64,000 bases of DNA from a bacterium (lineage in GTDB: Bacteria > Bdellovibrionota_C > UBA2361 > CALJRW01). The stretch is from the NCBI GenBank assembly GCA_031385045.1, contig JANNBC010000011.1:17857-81856 (forward strand), written 5' to 3'. The translations under genes and the position numbers were made by a program. Shown in pieces: positions 40,834 through 50,403 of this stretch (positions are counted from its first letter, which is position 1; every line of letters starts with the position of its first letter). The notes beneath the pieces were generated by a model. It saw only the letters and a list, made by a program, of their open reading frames with translations, was not told where the DNA came from and did not search any database.

Positions 40834-41898
40834 ATGATTAAATCACTATTTCAACTGCTCCTTTGCCTAGTCATTTCAACTAACATCTTTGCTGAGGAAG
40901 CCTTTAAGATTGGAGTGATTGTTGCCCAAACAGGAGCGGCAGCAAAATATGGTAAATTCGCCAAAATGGGTCTCGAGCTAGCTAAAGAAGAGATTAACCA
41001 AGCAGGTGGTGTGGCTGGTAAACCAGTGGAATTAATCTATGAAGACTCCCAAACTCAACCCAACAAAGCTCTTGGTGCTTTTAACAAACTCCATAATATC
41101 GATCATGTTGATGCTATCATAGGGGACGTCTGGGAATTTCTAACTAATGCTTTTCTACCCCAAGCTGATAAGACTAAGACTCTAGTTATGTCACCCACCT
41201 CCATGCCACACTCGATCACTATTACTAGTCCCTACTTCTTTACTATGGGGCACCACATAGAATACCTAGACTCTGCCTTTCGTTTATACTTTAAGAAACA
41301 TCCCGAAATAAAAAAGATGGCACTTATTAACTGGGATAATACTTGGGGACTGGGTTACGGCAAAAAGATTAAAGAAATTATTAAAGAATTTAATATTGAA
41401 TTAGTTGATGAACTTGCTACTCAAGATTGGAACACAGACATGAAATCAGAAGTCACTAGAGTGTTACGTAAGAAACCAGATCTAATCTTCGCACCCTACC
41501 TAGGAGAACGAATCGCCAGACGTGTAAAAGAATTTAAATCTTCTACAAAAATCTTAACAACTTTAAATATAGTAGAAAGCCTACTTGATGACAGTGCTAA
41601 CAAAGAACAATTAGAAGATATTTATTTTGTTGATTTCACTGCGCCAGAAGAATACAACAAGAAATTCCAAGATCGTTTTAATGAAGTGCCACAATTTGAA
41701 AGTCACCTGAGCTACGAATCGCTTCGGAGCCTAGTTAAAGCCTATAATCAAAATCCAGAAAATATACAGACAGGATTAAAGAGTGTGGCCTATCAAGGAG
41801 TATCTGGGAAAATTGATTTTACTAAATCAAATAATGGGAATAATGCAGAGGCCGTTCTATATAAGATTGTGAATGGTAACGCTGAAAAAGTTAGTTAG
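40834..41898 (+). CDS. Periplasmic substrate-binding protein (LivJ/LivK-type)
   Basis: Signal peptide, KIGVI…TG.AA.YG, EINQAGGVAGKPVELIYEDS, GVSGKIDF. Confidence 0.88.
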   Translation: MIKSLFQLLLCLVISTNIFAEEAFKIGVIVAQTGAAAKYGKFAKMGLELAKEEINQAGGVAGKPVELIYEDSQTQPNKALGAFNKLHNIDHVDAIIGDVWEFLTNAFLPQADKTKTLVMSPTSMPHSITITSPYFFTMGHHIEYLDSAFRLYFKKHPEIKKMALINWDNTWGLGYGKKIKEIIKEFNIELVDELATQDWNTDMKSEVTRVLRKKPDLIFAPYLGERIARRVKEFKSSTKILTTLNIVESLLDDSANKEQLEDIYFVDFTAPEEYNKKFQDRFNEVPQFESHLSYESLRSLVKAYNQNPENIQTGLKSVAYQGVSGKIDFTKSNNGNNAEAVLYKIVNGNAEKVS

Positions 41899-41926
41899 CA
41901 CAAAGATTCTAATAACAAATAAATTA

Positions 41927-42748
41927 TCATTCAATATAAGTTCCGATTCGCTCAGGCCTACCTATATTGAAATATATATAGGATAATTTACCTAGAATAT
42001 TTTTCGCTGGAATATACGGATTATCATAATGTCTAGAATCCCTACTGCGATCGCGATTATCACCTAACAAAAAATAACTTCCTTCGGGAACAAAATATGG
42101 CCCTGACTGCTCAGTTCCACCATCAACCCAAATGCCATAATCCACTTTAACTGGAGCACCATTAAGAAAAACTTTAGCATCTTTCACTTCAATCTGATCT
42201 CCTGGCAGACCGATAACCCTTTTTATATTTCTTAGTGCAGACTCATCTGCTTCAGTCTTTGGATTATCTTCTTGGGCAAAAGCTACAAAATCAAAACGCT
42301 CAATTGGGCGTGCTAAATAAAACTTTTTACTAACTACTACATAATCTCCATCAAACAGTGTTGGAAGATTAGATTCCCCCTTAAATCGAAATGCTTCAAA
42401 ACGATTCAGCATTTTATTTTCAAGGAATAAACTTGGAAGGGACATAATCGCTCCCAATCCTAAACAAAAATACCACTTATTGTACCAGTTAAGTTTATTT
42501 TTTACTTCGCCACTCTGAAATGAGTCTGCTAAAGTGTAAATCATAATTAGCAAAACAAGTGCACAAACTATGGCCATCCCCCAAAAATAATCTGGAAGAT
42601 TGAGGTAAACTCCTATAGGAAATGCTAGATAGGCAATCAACATTAAGATTACACCTTTTTTGACTTCAGATTTATATATCTGACCCAGGCCTGGAGATAA
42701 TATACTTAGAAATAATGCTACGTAACGCTTTGGCTTAAAATTAGTCAT
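41927..42748 (-). CDS. lepB: Signal peptidase I with extra N-terminal membrane domain
   Basis: GESNLPTLFDGD (Ser nucleophile), IKRVIGLPGD (Lys), GDNRDRSRDSR. Confidence 0.9.
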   Translation of the reverse strand: MTNFKPKRYVALFLSILSPGLGQIYKSEVKKGVILMLIAYLAFPIGVYLNLPDYFWGMAIVCALVLLIMIYTLADSFQSGEVKNKLNWYNKWYFCLGLGAIMSLPSLFLENKMLNRFEAFRFKGESNLPTLFDGDYVVVSKKFYLARPIERFDFVAFAQEDNPKTEADESALRNIKRVIGLPGDQIEVKDAKVFLNGAPVKVDYGIWVDGGTEQSGPYFVPEGSYFLLGDNRDRSRDSRHYDNPYIPAKNILGKLSYIYFNIGRPERIGTYIE

Positions 42749-42781
42749 ATGAACAATGCTCTCAGTTACTACAGAATAGAT

Positions 42782-43468
42782 CTACTCAACAAACTTATAC
42801 CCAACCCCATGAATAGTTAGGATATGTCTTGGCACAGTAATATTAGGTTCTATCTTCTGACGTAATTTTGCGATGTGGTTATCAACTGTTCTAGTTGTTG
42901 GATAAGAATTGTAGCCCCAGACTTCATCTAGTAATTCATCACGGGAAACTACGTCCCCTATTTTCCCGATTAGATATTTTAGCAAACGATATTCACGGGC
43001 AGATAATTCTAGTGGCTCTTCCTTTTTCTTAGCTTGATAAGCTTTGAAATCTATCGAGATGTCTCCGAACTGGTAAGTAGTAATTTCTAAGGTTTGAATT
43101 GATCGACGAAGCAAAGCTTTTACTCGAGCCAATAATTCCCTAACTCCAAATGGCTTGGCAATATAATCATCAGCCCCCAGCTCCAATCCCAGAACCTTAT
43201 CAACTTCTTCGGTCCGAGCCGTCAGCATAATAATAGGTGTAGAGTTACCCTTATTACGCAGCTCTCGGCACATTTGCATGCCGTCCATGACAGGTAACAT
43301 CACATCTGTAATCACTACGTCGGGACACTCTTTTTCGATTAGAGCAATGCCTTCCTGACCATTCTCAGCTGTAAATATTTGATATCCCTCAAGTTCTAGG
43401 TTTAGAACCAAGCTAGTACGAACTGACTGGTCATCTTCAATTAATGCGATTTTGTATTTATTAGCCAT
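42782..43468 (-). CDS. OmpR-family response regulator (no kinase adjacent)
   Basis: IEDD, DVMLP, GADDYIAKPF, RTVDNHIAKLRQKIE, GVGYKF. Confidence 0.95.
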   Translation of the reverse strand: MANKYKIALIEDDQSVRTSLVLNLELEGYQIFTAENGQEGIALIEKECPDVVITDVMLPVMDGMQMCRELRNKGNSTPIIMLTARTEEVDKVLGLELGADDYIAKPFGVRELLARVKALLRRSIQTLEITTYQFGDISIDFKAYQAKKKEEPLELSAREYRLLKYLIGKIGDVVSRDELLDEVWGYNSYPTTRTVDNHIAKLRQKIEPNITVPRHILTIHGVGYKFVE

Positions 43469-43698
43469 CTTAACTATTATTTTACAATAGTTTTAGAGAA
43501 ATTGCATTAGTAGTTATTTAACTACTTAGAAATGACGCTATAACAATCGAGCACTAGCAAAATTGACTTAAGCGTCTATTTATCTTATAAATTCCCCCCT
43601 GATAGTTTGTACTAAATGATGAAATTTCATTAGTTTAAGTAACTATCGACTGAATTAATGCGCTTCTACAAGTTAGAAGGCTACTTAGAATAAATACA

Positions 43699-44019
43699 AT
43701 GTCTGAAAATTACGCAATTATTAAATCTGGTGCTAAGCAGTACCGAGTTCATCAAGGTGAGACCGTTATGGTTGAAAAGTTTGGTGTAGCCGTTGGTGGA
43801 ACTTGCACATTTGATCAAGTTATCGCAGTTGGTAGCGCTGAAAATCTTAAAATCGGCGAGCCACTATTAGCTGGAGCAACAGTTACTGGAACAGTTCTTC
43901 AAGCGGTTAAACAAAAGAAAACTATTTCTTTCCAACACCGTAAAAGAAAAACTCACCGTAAAAAAACTGGTCACAGACAAGAGTTAGTGGCAGTACGAAT
44001 TGATTCAATTCAAGCATAA
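43699..44019 (+). CDS. rplU: 50S ribosomal protein L21
   Basis: YAIIKSGAKQYRV, GHRQ. Confidence 0.96.
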   Translation: MSENYAIIKSGAKQYRVHQGETVMVEKFGVAVGGTCTFDQVIAVGSAENLKIGEPLLAGATVTGTVLQAVKQKKTISFQHRKRKTHRKKTGHRQELVAVRIDSIQA

Positions 44020-44046
44020 TTTTTATATCATAAACAGGAGTTTACA

Positions 44047-44304
44047 ATGGCCCATAAGAAAGCCGCAGGTAGTTCCAAGAACGGAAGAAAGACTGCGGGA
44101 AAACGTTTAGGCGTTAAAAAGTTTGGTGGTGAAGCTGTAATTGCCGGAAATATTATCATCCGTCAAAGAGGTACTAAGTTTCACGCTGGAGAGAATGTTG
44201 GAATGGGCAGTGACCATACATTATTTGCTTTAACTGATGGTGTCGTATCTTTTAAACAAGGATACAAACATTACGTTAATGTTCAGCCAGTAGTAGCTGA
44301 GTAG
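44047..44304 (+). CDS. rpmA: 50S ribosomal protein L27
   Basis: [30 protein letters not shown]. Confidence 0.98.
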   Translation: MAHKKAAGSSKNGRKTAGKRLGVKKFGGEAVIAGNIIIRQRGTKFHAGENVGMGSDHTLFALTDGVVSFKQGYKHYVNVQPVVAE

Positions 44305-44312
44305 TAAACCTA

Positions 44313-44339
44313 TCAGGACGAACGCATAGTTCGTCCTGA
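44313..44339. terminator. Perfect 11-bp hairpin after rpmA (no U-tract on +)
   Basis: tcaggacgaac-gcata-gttcgtcctga. Confidence 0.5.
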
Positions 44340-44442
44340 CAAAATCCCCTCCCCCCTTAACTTCTCAAACCTCAAACACACAAAATAATCTGATTAATCA
44401 GATAAAAATTTCCATATATTAGAAAGACAAAATAATCAGAAG

Positions 44443-45447
44443 ATGAAATTTATTGACGAAACAATTATTGATGTAGCTTCAGGCAATGGCGGTGCCGGCT
44501 CGCGTAGTTTTCGTCGTGAAAAATTTGTACCGATGGGTGGGCCAGATGGTGGAAACGGTGGTCGCGGTGGTTCTGTGATTGTAATTGCCGATAAAAATAT
44601 CCAGACCCTGATTGATTTTAAATTTAAACCGCTTTGGCGCGCCGATCATGGGAAATCTGGTTCAGGACGTAGGAAAGACGGGCTTTCTGGTCAAGATCTT
44701 GTAATCAAACTACCAGTTGGAACAGAAATTTTTAATAACGCCACGCAAGAACTTGTTTGTGACCTAACAGAAGAGGGACAAGAAGTTGTGATTGCCAAAG
44801 GTGGTCGTGGTGGCAAAGGAAATGTATTTTTCAAATCAGCTACTAACCAAGCACCAACCCATGCCCAAGCAGGTGAGCCCGGAGAAAACTTTCGCTTCAA
44901 ACTTAACTTAAAACTTGTAGCAGACGTGGGAATTGTAGGATTTCCTAATGCTGGCAAATCAACCTTAATTTCTAAAGTTTCTGCCGCCAAGCCAAAGATA
45001 TCAGATTATCCTTTTACAACACTCACTCCCAACTTAGGAGTTGTCCAAGGTAAATTTAGAAACTTTGTAATTGCTGATATCCCTGGATTAATTCCGGGAG
45101 CTAGCGAAGGTAAAGGGTTAGGTTTTAAATTTTTAAAACACGTAGAGCGTACTAAAGTCTTATTATTTTTAGTTGATCCCTTTGCCCTCGATGAGCATGG
45201 AGAGCAGATTTCAGCCTGGGATAATTACAACCAATTAAGTCATGAATTAACAAATTTCAGCGAATGGATGGAGAGCAAGAAAAAAATTATTGCTATTAGT
45301 AAATCTGAAACAATTGCCCAAGAAGAAGAACGTACGGCTATAGAACAGATCTTTAAGGATAATAATCAAGAGGTCCATTTTATTTCCAGTTTAACTGCCG
45401 AGGGTCTGCCAGACCTACTACTTAATATTGAAAAAATACTTGCTTGA
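44443..45447 (+). CDS. obgE: GTPase ObgE/CgtA
   Basis: FRREKFVPMGGPDGG, GFPNAGKST, YPFTTL, DIPGL. Confidence 0.97.
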   Translation: MKFIDETIIDVASGNGGAGSRSFRREKFVPMGGPDGGNGGRGGSVIVIADKNIQTLIDFKFKPLWRADHGKSGSGRRKDGLSGQDLVIKLPVGTEIFNNATQELVCDLTEEGQEVVIAKGGRGGKGNVFFKSATNQAPTHAQAGEPGENFRFKLNLKLVADVGIVGFPNAGKSTLISKVSAAKPKISDYPFTTLTPNLGVVQGKFRNFVIADIPGLIPGASEGKGLGFKFLKHVERTKVLLFLVDPFALDEHGEQISAWDNYNQLSHELTNFSEWMESKKKIIAISKSETIAQEEERTAIEQIFKDNNQEVHFISSLTAEGLPDLLLNIEKILA

Positions 45448-45482
45448 GACAATCGCACCGTTTATAATTAAAACATAACCTA

Positions 45483-45854
45483 ATGAATAACTCTTTAATC
45501 AATCAAATTATCACCTCTGCTTCGGACAGCAAATCAATTAACCCGATTGCCTTTGACGTCAGAGGCCTTGTTGATTATACAGAAACTATCATTGTCCTTA
45601 GTGGACGCTCAGACCGGCATACTATTGGTATCGCTAATCGCATCATCGAAGATTTAAGTAAGCATAAAATTAAACCCAAGTATCTAGAGGGATATGATAA
45701 AGGCCATTGGATCTTAATCGATTTCTTTGATGTTGTTGTGCATGTATTTTACGAGCCAACTAGAGAGATTTATAACCTAGAAGCCTTGTTCCATCGCGCA
45801 AAAGTTATTAACCTCAGTAAAATTATTGATAATTCTAAAAAAGAAGCAGCTTAA
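45483..45854 (+). CDS. rsfS: Ribosome silencing factor RsfS
   Basis: SGRSDRH, WILIDFFDVVVHVF…REIYNLE. Confidence 0.92.
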   Translation: MNNSLINQIITSASDSKSINPIAFDVRGLVDYTETIIVLSGRSDRHTIGIANRIIEDLSKHKIKPKYLEGYDKGHWILIDFFDVVVHVFYEPTREIYNLEALFHRAKVINLSKIIDNSKKEAA

Positions 45855-46074
45855 AGCGACTCCCTGCTGTTTTCAAAATTGCGCCAAGCTTGTGGGTTTA
45901 GGTCAGGCAGAGTAATATCCTTTTGGTACTAATTAATCCTAGTTAATAAAGCAGTGAACCCGACTAAGATCTACGTTTTAATCGGGCATCTTCTTTCGGT
46001 TTCACTAAAATTATCCTTAGTTACCTTTCCACTTCTCACTCATTTAAGTGAGCTTTTAAGTACCTAAGAACTAA

Positions 46075-46776
46075 ATGTTTTATTCCCCTTTTCATCTGAG
46101 CACCCAACAAAGAAATTCGTGTTTAGGGTTTTTAATTTCTAAAATAACTAAAGCTATCCATCTGACACTTCGCTGGAAACAGGAAGGTGTTATTCAGAAT
46201 AGTAAACATTGGTCTGAAGGCGAACCTGCTGTCTTAGCTTTTTGGCACTCACAGCAAATTTACATGCCCTACATTTACGACGTTAAAGACTACCCAGTTA
46301 ATATATGTAAACCACTTTTTGCGCTTGCCAGTAATCACCGAGACGGGCAACTAGCGGCTCAAACAATTAAAGATCGGAATATTTCCGTTATTGGTGGCTC
46401 ATCCACTCGGGGTGGTCGTAAAGCATTTATTGAAATGATTAAAAAGATTAAAACTGGGAATCATGTGATTATTTCCCCAGATGGACCAAAAGGTCCGGCA
46501 GAAATTGCTAAATATGGGACTATTAAACTAGCTTCAATGACTGGTGCTAAAATCATACCGGTCGCCCTGAATGCCAAATGGAAGTGGAGCTTTAATAGTT
46601 GGGATGAAATGTTTATCCCCAAACCATTTTCCAAGGTCTTTTTGCTAGTCGGAGAAGGATATAGTATAAAGAAGAACCTAAGTAAGGAAGAGTTAGTATC
46701 AGAGTCAACTAAACTAACTGAGATTTTAAAAAAATTAAACAATCGGGTAAATTTTAAATTAGGCATTAATGAATAA
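46075..46776 (+). CDS. DUF374 / lysophospholipid acyltransferase-family protein
   Basis: FWH, SNHRDG, GSSTRGG, SPDGPKGP, SWD..IPKPF. Confidence 0.85.
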   Translation: MFYSPFHLSTQQRNSCLGFLISKITKAIHLTLRWKQEGVIQNSKHWSEGEPAVLAFWHSQQIYMPYIYDVKDYPVNICKPLFALASNHRDGQLAAQTIKDRNISVIGGSSTRGGRKAFIEMIKKIKTGNHVIISPDGPKGPAEIAKYGTIKLASMTGAKIIPVALNAKWKWSFNSWDEMFIPKPFSKVFLLVGEGYSIKKNLSKEELVSESTKLTEILKKLNNRVNFKLGINE

Positions 46777-47614
46777 AGTATTTTTCATAGTGATTCACAT
46801 CTTAGCAATCGCGGCTTTTATTGTCGGCTATTCACCTTTTGCATTGGCACTCTGCTTAGCATTTTATTTGATTCGCATGTTTGCCATCACTGGTTGCTTT
46901 CATCGCCTGATGTCTCACCGTACATATCAAACAAGTAGATGGTTTCAATTTGTCTTAGCTTTCATCGGAACTTGCGCGGCGCAAAAAGGTCCACTTTGGT
47001 GGGCGGCAGCTCATCGCCATCATCACAAACATGCTGATACGGAAGAAGATATTCACTCTCCAGGAATTAAAGGAATTTGGTGGGCACATGCTGGTTGGGT
47101 TCTTTCTGAGGAGCATGATGAAGCAGATTTAAAACTAGTTAAAGACTTGTCAGTTTATCCAGAATTAAATTGGTTAGATAAATATCATTACGTTCCACCT
47201 CTAATGTACATGGTTGGATGTTATCTACTAGGACTGATAGTTGAAAATTACTTCCCTGGCTTACATACAACAGCATTCCAATGTTTATTCTGGGGATGTT
47301 TTCTGAGTACTGTACTACTTTATCATGGAGTTTTTTGTATTAATTCATTTACACATTTAGTTGGTAAAAGACGTTTTAATACTAGTGACGAAAGTCGCAA
47401 TAGCTTCTTCTTATCGATTATCACTCTAGGTGAAGGTTGGCATAATAACCACCACCGTTATCCTGGCTCTGAACGACAAGGATTTTATTGGTGGGAAATG
47501 GATATAACACATTATGTTTTAGTGATTTTTTCTAAGCTAGGGCTGGTATGGAATCTAAGAACTCCTCCAGAGAGAATCTATCAAGAAGCTCTGGAGAATA
47601 AGCGTAACAGATAG
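46769..47614 (+). CDS. Delta-9-type fatty acid desaturase
   Basis: His boxes HRLMSH, HRHHH and GEGWHNNHH. Confidence 0.93.
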   Translation: MNKVFFIVIHILAIAAFIVGYSPFALALCLAFYLIRMFAITGCFHRLMSHRTYQTSRWFQFVLAFIGTCAAQKGPLWWAAAHRHHHKHADTEEDIHSPGIKGIWWAHAGWVLSEEHDEADLKLVKDLSVYPELNWLDKYHYVPPLMYMVGCYLLGLIVENYFPGLHTTAFQCLFWGCFLSTVLLYHGVFCINSFTHLVGKRRFNTSDESRNSFFLSIITLGEGWHNNHHRYPGSERQGFYWWEMDITHYVLVIFSKLGLVWNLRTPPERIYQEALENKRNR

Positions 47615-47743
47615 AATTTTCTGCCGTACTTAAGTAAAGAATAAAATCAAAACGAATATTCCAAGCCTATGTGCAGATGAGTGGCTTTTAGTTATACTAG
47701 AACCATGCCTTAATATGGGACAACCTTAACCGTTCATACAGAT

Positions 47744-48817
47744 ATGCAAAAACAATTTATTAGCTTACTGACTCTGGCAGTATTAATTTTTCCAAGCCTA
47801 ACTATTGCCGAACCTACCTATCGGGGCTTCCAAATTGGGATTACTGATTTTACTGATGAAGAAATAAATTCTTTAAATACAGATTGGCATGCTAATGTCG
47901 TTCGCATTCAGGTTGGAAACAATGCTGAGATGGATGGCACTACTGGAGCTGCTTATTTTCAAATGATTAGTGATAACCTTGATGAAATTGATTTACTGAT
48001 TCCAAAGTTTACAGCAAATTCAATTAAAGTAATCTTAACACTTTACTCCCCGCCTGGCGGATTTTTAGCTCGCTTTGCTCCTTCCCACTACGCAATGTTC
48101 TCTGACTTAAGCTTGCAAGATGAGTTTGTCACCATGTGGGGAATCTTAGCTACTAGATACAAAGATAACCCAACAGTAATTGGATATGATTTATCTAATG
48201 AGCCTGCATTAAGAAAATCTTTAAAATCAAAAACATCACTACCTTGGCCTGATCTAATCAAACGAACCATTGCGGAAATCAGAACAATCGATCCAATAAA
48301 ACAAATTATTGTGAAATCACTGTATGGCAACCCAGCAACATTAGCTGCCTTACCAAAATTAAATGATCCTAATTTTTGCTATAGCTTTCATGTTTACCCA
48401 GACAATCGCTATATCAATCAAGGATTTGATGGAAAACCAATTAAACATAATCCACCTAAAAAATCTGTGATTATTAAACATAGTTTTTTACCAATTCAAA
48501 AACTACTTAGAAAATTTCCGCTCCGAGAGCGAAGTAATGTCTGCTTTAATATTGGTGAGTTTGCTGTACCACGTTGGGCCCCAAAAGCTGATAATTACAT
48601 GCAAAACCTTTTAAGGATTTTCGAGGCGAGCAGAGTACCGGCGACAACTTATGCCCGTGCTAGAAAAATCAATCTTCAGTCTTGGACTTACCATGCTTTT
48701 AACGAATCTACAGTTTGGGATCCACGAGCAAGCACTGATCCAAATATTGAAGAATTTCCAATCGAGACCCCCCTACGCGCTGTGGTATTGCAAACTTTTA
48801 TGCAGAAAAATCAGTAG
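47744..48817 (+). CDS. Secreted glycoside hydrolase, family 5-like
   Basis: Signal peptide, ANVVRI, YDLSNEP (acid/base), YSFHVY, IGEFA (nucleophile). Confidence 0.85.
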   Translation: MQKQFISLLTLAVLIFPSLTIAEPTYRGFQIGITDFTDEEINSLNTDWHANVVRIQVGNNAEMDGTTGAAYFQMISDNLDEIDLLIPKFTANSIKVILTLYSPPGGFLARFAPSHYAMFSDLSLQDEFVTMWGILATRYKDNPTVIGYDLSNEPALRKSLKSKTSLPWPDLIKRTIAEIRTIDPIKQIIVKSLYGNPATLAALPKLNDPNFCYSFHVYPDNRYINQGFDGKPIKHNPPKKSVIIKHSFLPIQKLLRKFPLRERSNVCFNIGEFAVPRWAPKADNYMQNLLRIFEASRVPATTYARARKINLQSWTYHAFNESTVWDPRASTDPNIEEFPIETPLRAVVLQTFMQKNQ

Positions 48818-48871
48818 TAAGCTAACATAATCTATTTTTGGCTAATTAAGAATTTGTGATAAACTCGTTCC

Positions 48872-49849
48872 ATGATTTTCTCACCTAGTTCAATAAACTT
48901 ACTAAGAGCCACAGAAGCTTTAAAAAATAATCAACTGATTGGACTGCCGACTGAAACCGTTTATGGTTTAGCTGGGAATGCGCTAAGCGACGTTGCTATC
49001 CAAAGAATATTTGCTCTTAAGGGACGCCCAGCAACCAACCCTTTAATTGTACATATTGCCGACTTTAATCAGATCGATTCACTGATTGCACCACTAAATA
49101 CCCAGCAAGCTAAAAACTTAGAGAAATTAAAAGTTTTTTGGCCAGGGCCACTGACTATCATCCTTCCAAAAAGCTCCCTTGTTCCAGATCTTCTTACCGC
49201 CAATAGTCCAACTGTTGCTATTCGTATTCCTAACCACCAAATTGCTCTAAAAATTATCCGTGACTCGGGATTGCCACTTGCAGCTCCAAGCGCTAACCGC
49301 TCAAACTATATCAGCCCAACTTCTGCACAACATGTCTTAGAGGAATTTGGTGAAGAATTAGAATTTATTATTGATGGTGGTAGCTGTACTATTGGCTTAG
49401 AATCAACAGTGATCTCTTTAGTTTCAGATATCCCTCAGATCTTACGTCCGGGAGCAATTACTCTTAATCAAATTCGTTCAATTATTCCAGAGGTTCAGTT
49501 GCTAGAAAGAATACTCTCCCCAGATGCCCAACAATCAGCGCCAGGTCAACAAATTAAACATTACAGTCCAAAAACAAAGTTAATCTTTAAAGAGGACTAT
49601 AAACCTACAAAAGACTTACAAAAGATTGCCTATGTCGCCTTTACCCAACTTTCGGAACTAGAACAAAAGTCTTTTTTTAGTTATAAGTTATTAAGTACTA
49701 GTGGTAACTTAACTGAAATTGCCCAAAAACTATTTGGAACACTTAGAGAATTGGATCAACAAAACTTAGACTTAATTATAATCGATAAGTGTCCTGAGGA
49801 GCAATTAGGCTTAGCGATTATGGATCGACTAAAACGAGCAACAAATTAA
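48872..49849 (+). CDS. sua5: L-threonylcarbamoyladenylate synthase (Sua5 type)
   Basis: PTETVYGL, KGRPATNPLIVH, WPGPLT, AAPSAN, PGQ..KHYSP and SUA5 C-terminal domain. Confidence 0.95.
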   Translation: MIFSPSSINLLRATEALKNNQLIGLPTETVYGLAGNALSDVAIQRIFALKGRPATNPLIVHIADFNQIDSLIAPLNTQQAKNLEKLKVFWPGPLTIILPKSSLVPDLLTANSPTVAIRIPNHQIALKIIRDSGLPLAAPSANRSNYISPTSAQHVLEEFGEELEFIIDGGSCTIGLESTVISLVSDIPQILRPGAITLNQIRSIIPEVQLLERILSPDAQQSAPGQQIKHYSPKTKLIFKEDYKPTKDLQKIAYVAFTQLSELEQKSFFSYKLLSTSGNLTEIAQKLFGTLRELDQQNLDLIIIDKCPEEQLGLAIMDRLKRATN

Positions 49850-49860
49850 AGAGATAAAAT

Positions 49861-50400
49861 ATGGAAGCAAAGATTTTTGGTGTAGAAATTAAAGATTTAA
49901 AATCTTTCCCTGATGGTCGTGGATTTTTTAGAGAAATTTTTCGTCATAATGAGAGTCTATTTACTGGCGGTCAATTTGCTCAGTGGAGCCACAGTAAAAT
50001 GCAGAAGGATGTTGTCAAGGCTTGGCATTATCATCACCTTCAAACTGATTGGTGGTATGTTCCTCTCGGTCAAGTTCAAGTAGTACTCTATGATAAGCGA
50101 GAAGAAAGCCCAACTTACCAAACAAAAATGGTTCTTACTGTTGGAGAAACGGACACTTATGGACCTGAAACAAAAGAAGTCTGCATTAAAATTCCACCTG
50201 GAGTCTTACATGCCTGCCAAGTGCTCAGCCCAATTGCTCATTTATTTTATATTACATCTGAAATTTACAACCCAGATGATGAGGGACGCTTTGCTTATAA
50301 CTCTCCATTAATCCCACATGAATGGACAGCTAATGCTATTACTTCCGAAAAAGATCGCGTCGATTTTATTCCAATAAATCCTCGCAAACTATCTTGCTAG
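49861..50400 (+). CDS. rfbC: dTDP-4-dehydrorhamnose 3,5-epimerase-family cupin
   Basis: DGRGFFRE, KAWHYH, D.REESPTY, IPPGVLH. Confidence 0.8.
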   Translation: MEAKIFGVEIKDLKSFPDGRGFFREIFRHNESLFTGGQFAQWSHSKMQKDVVKAWHYHHLQTDWWYVPLGQVQVVLYDKREESPTYQTKMVLTVGETDTYGPETKEVCIKIPPGVLHACQVLSPIAHLFYITSEIYNPDDEGRFAYNSPLIPHEWTANAITSEKDRVDFIPINPRKLSC

Positions 50401-50403
50401 AAA

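Noticed and set aside
41927..42748. Possible inactive signal peptidase (GESN in place of SGSM)
   Set aside because: The catalytic Ser and Lys and the GDNR..S.DSR box are retained.
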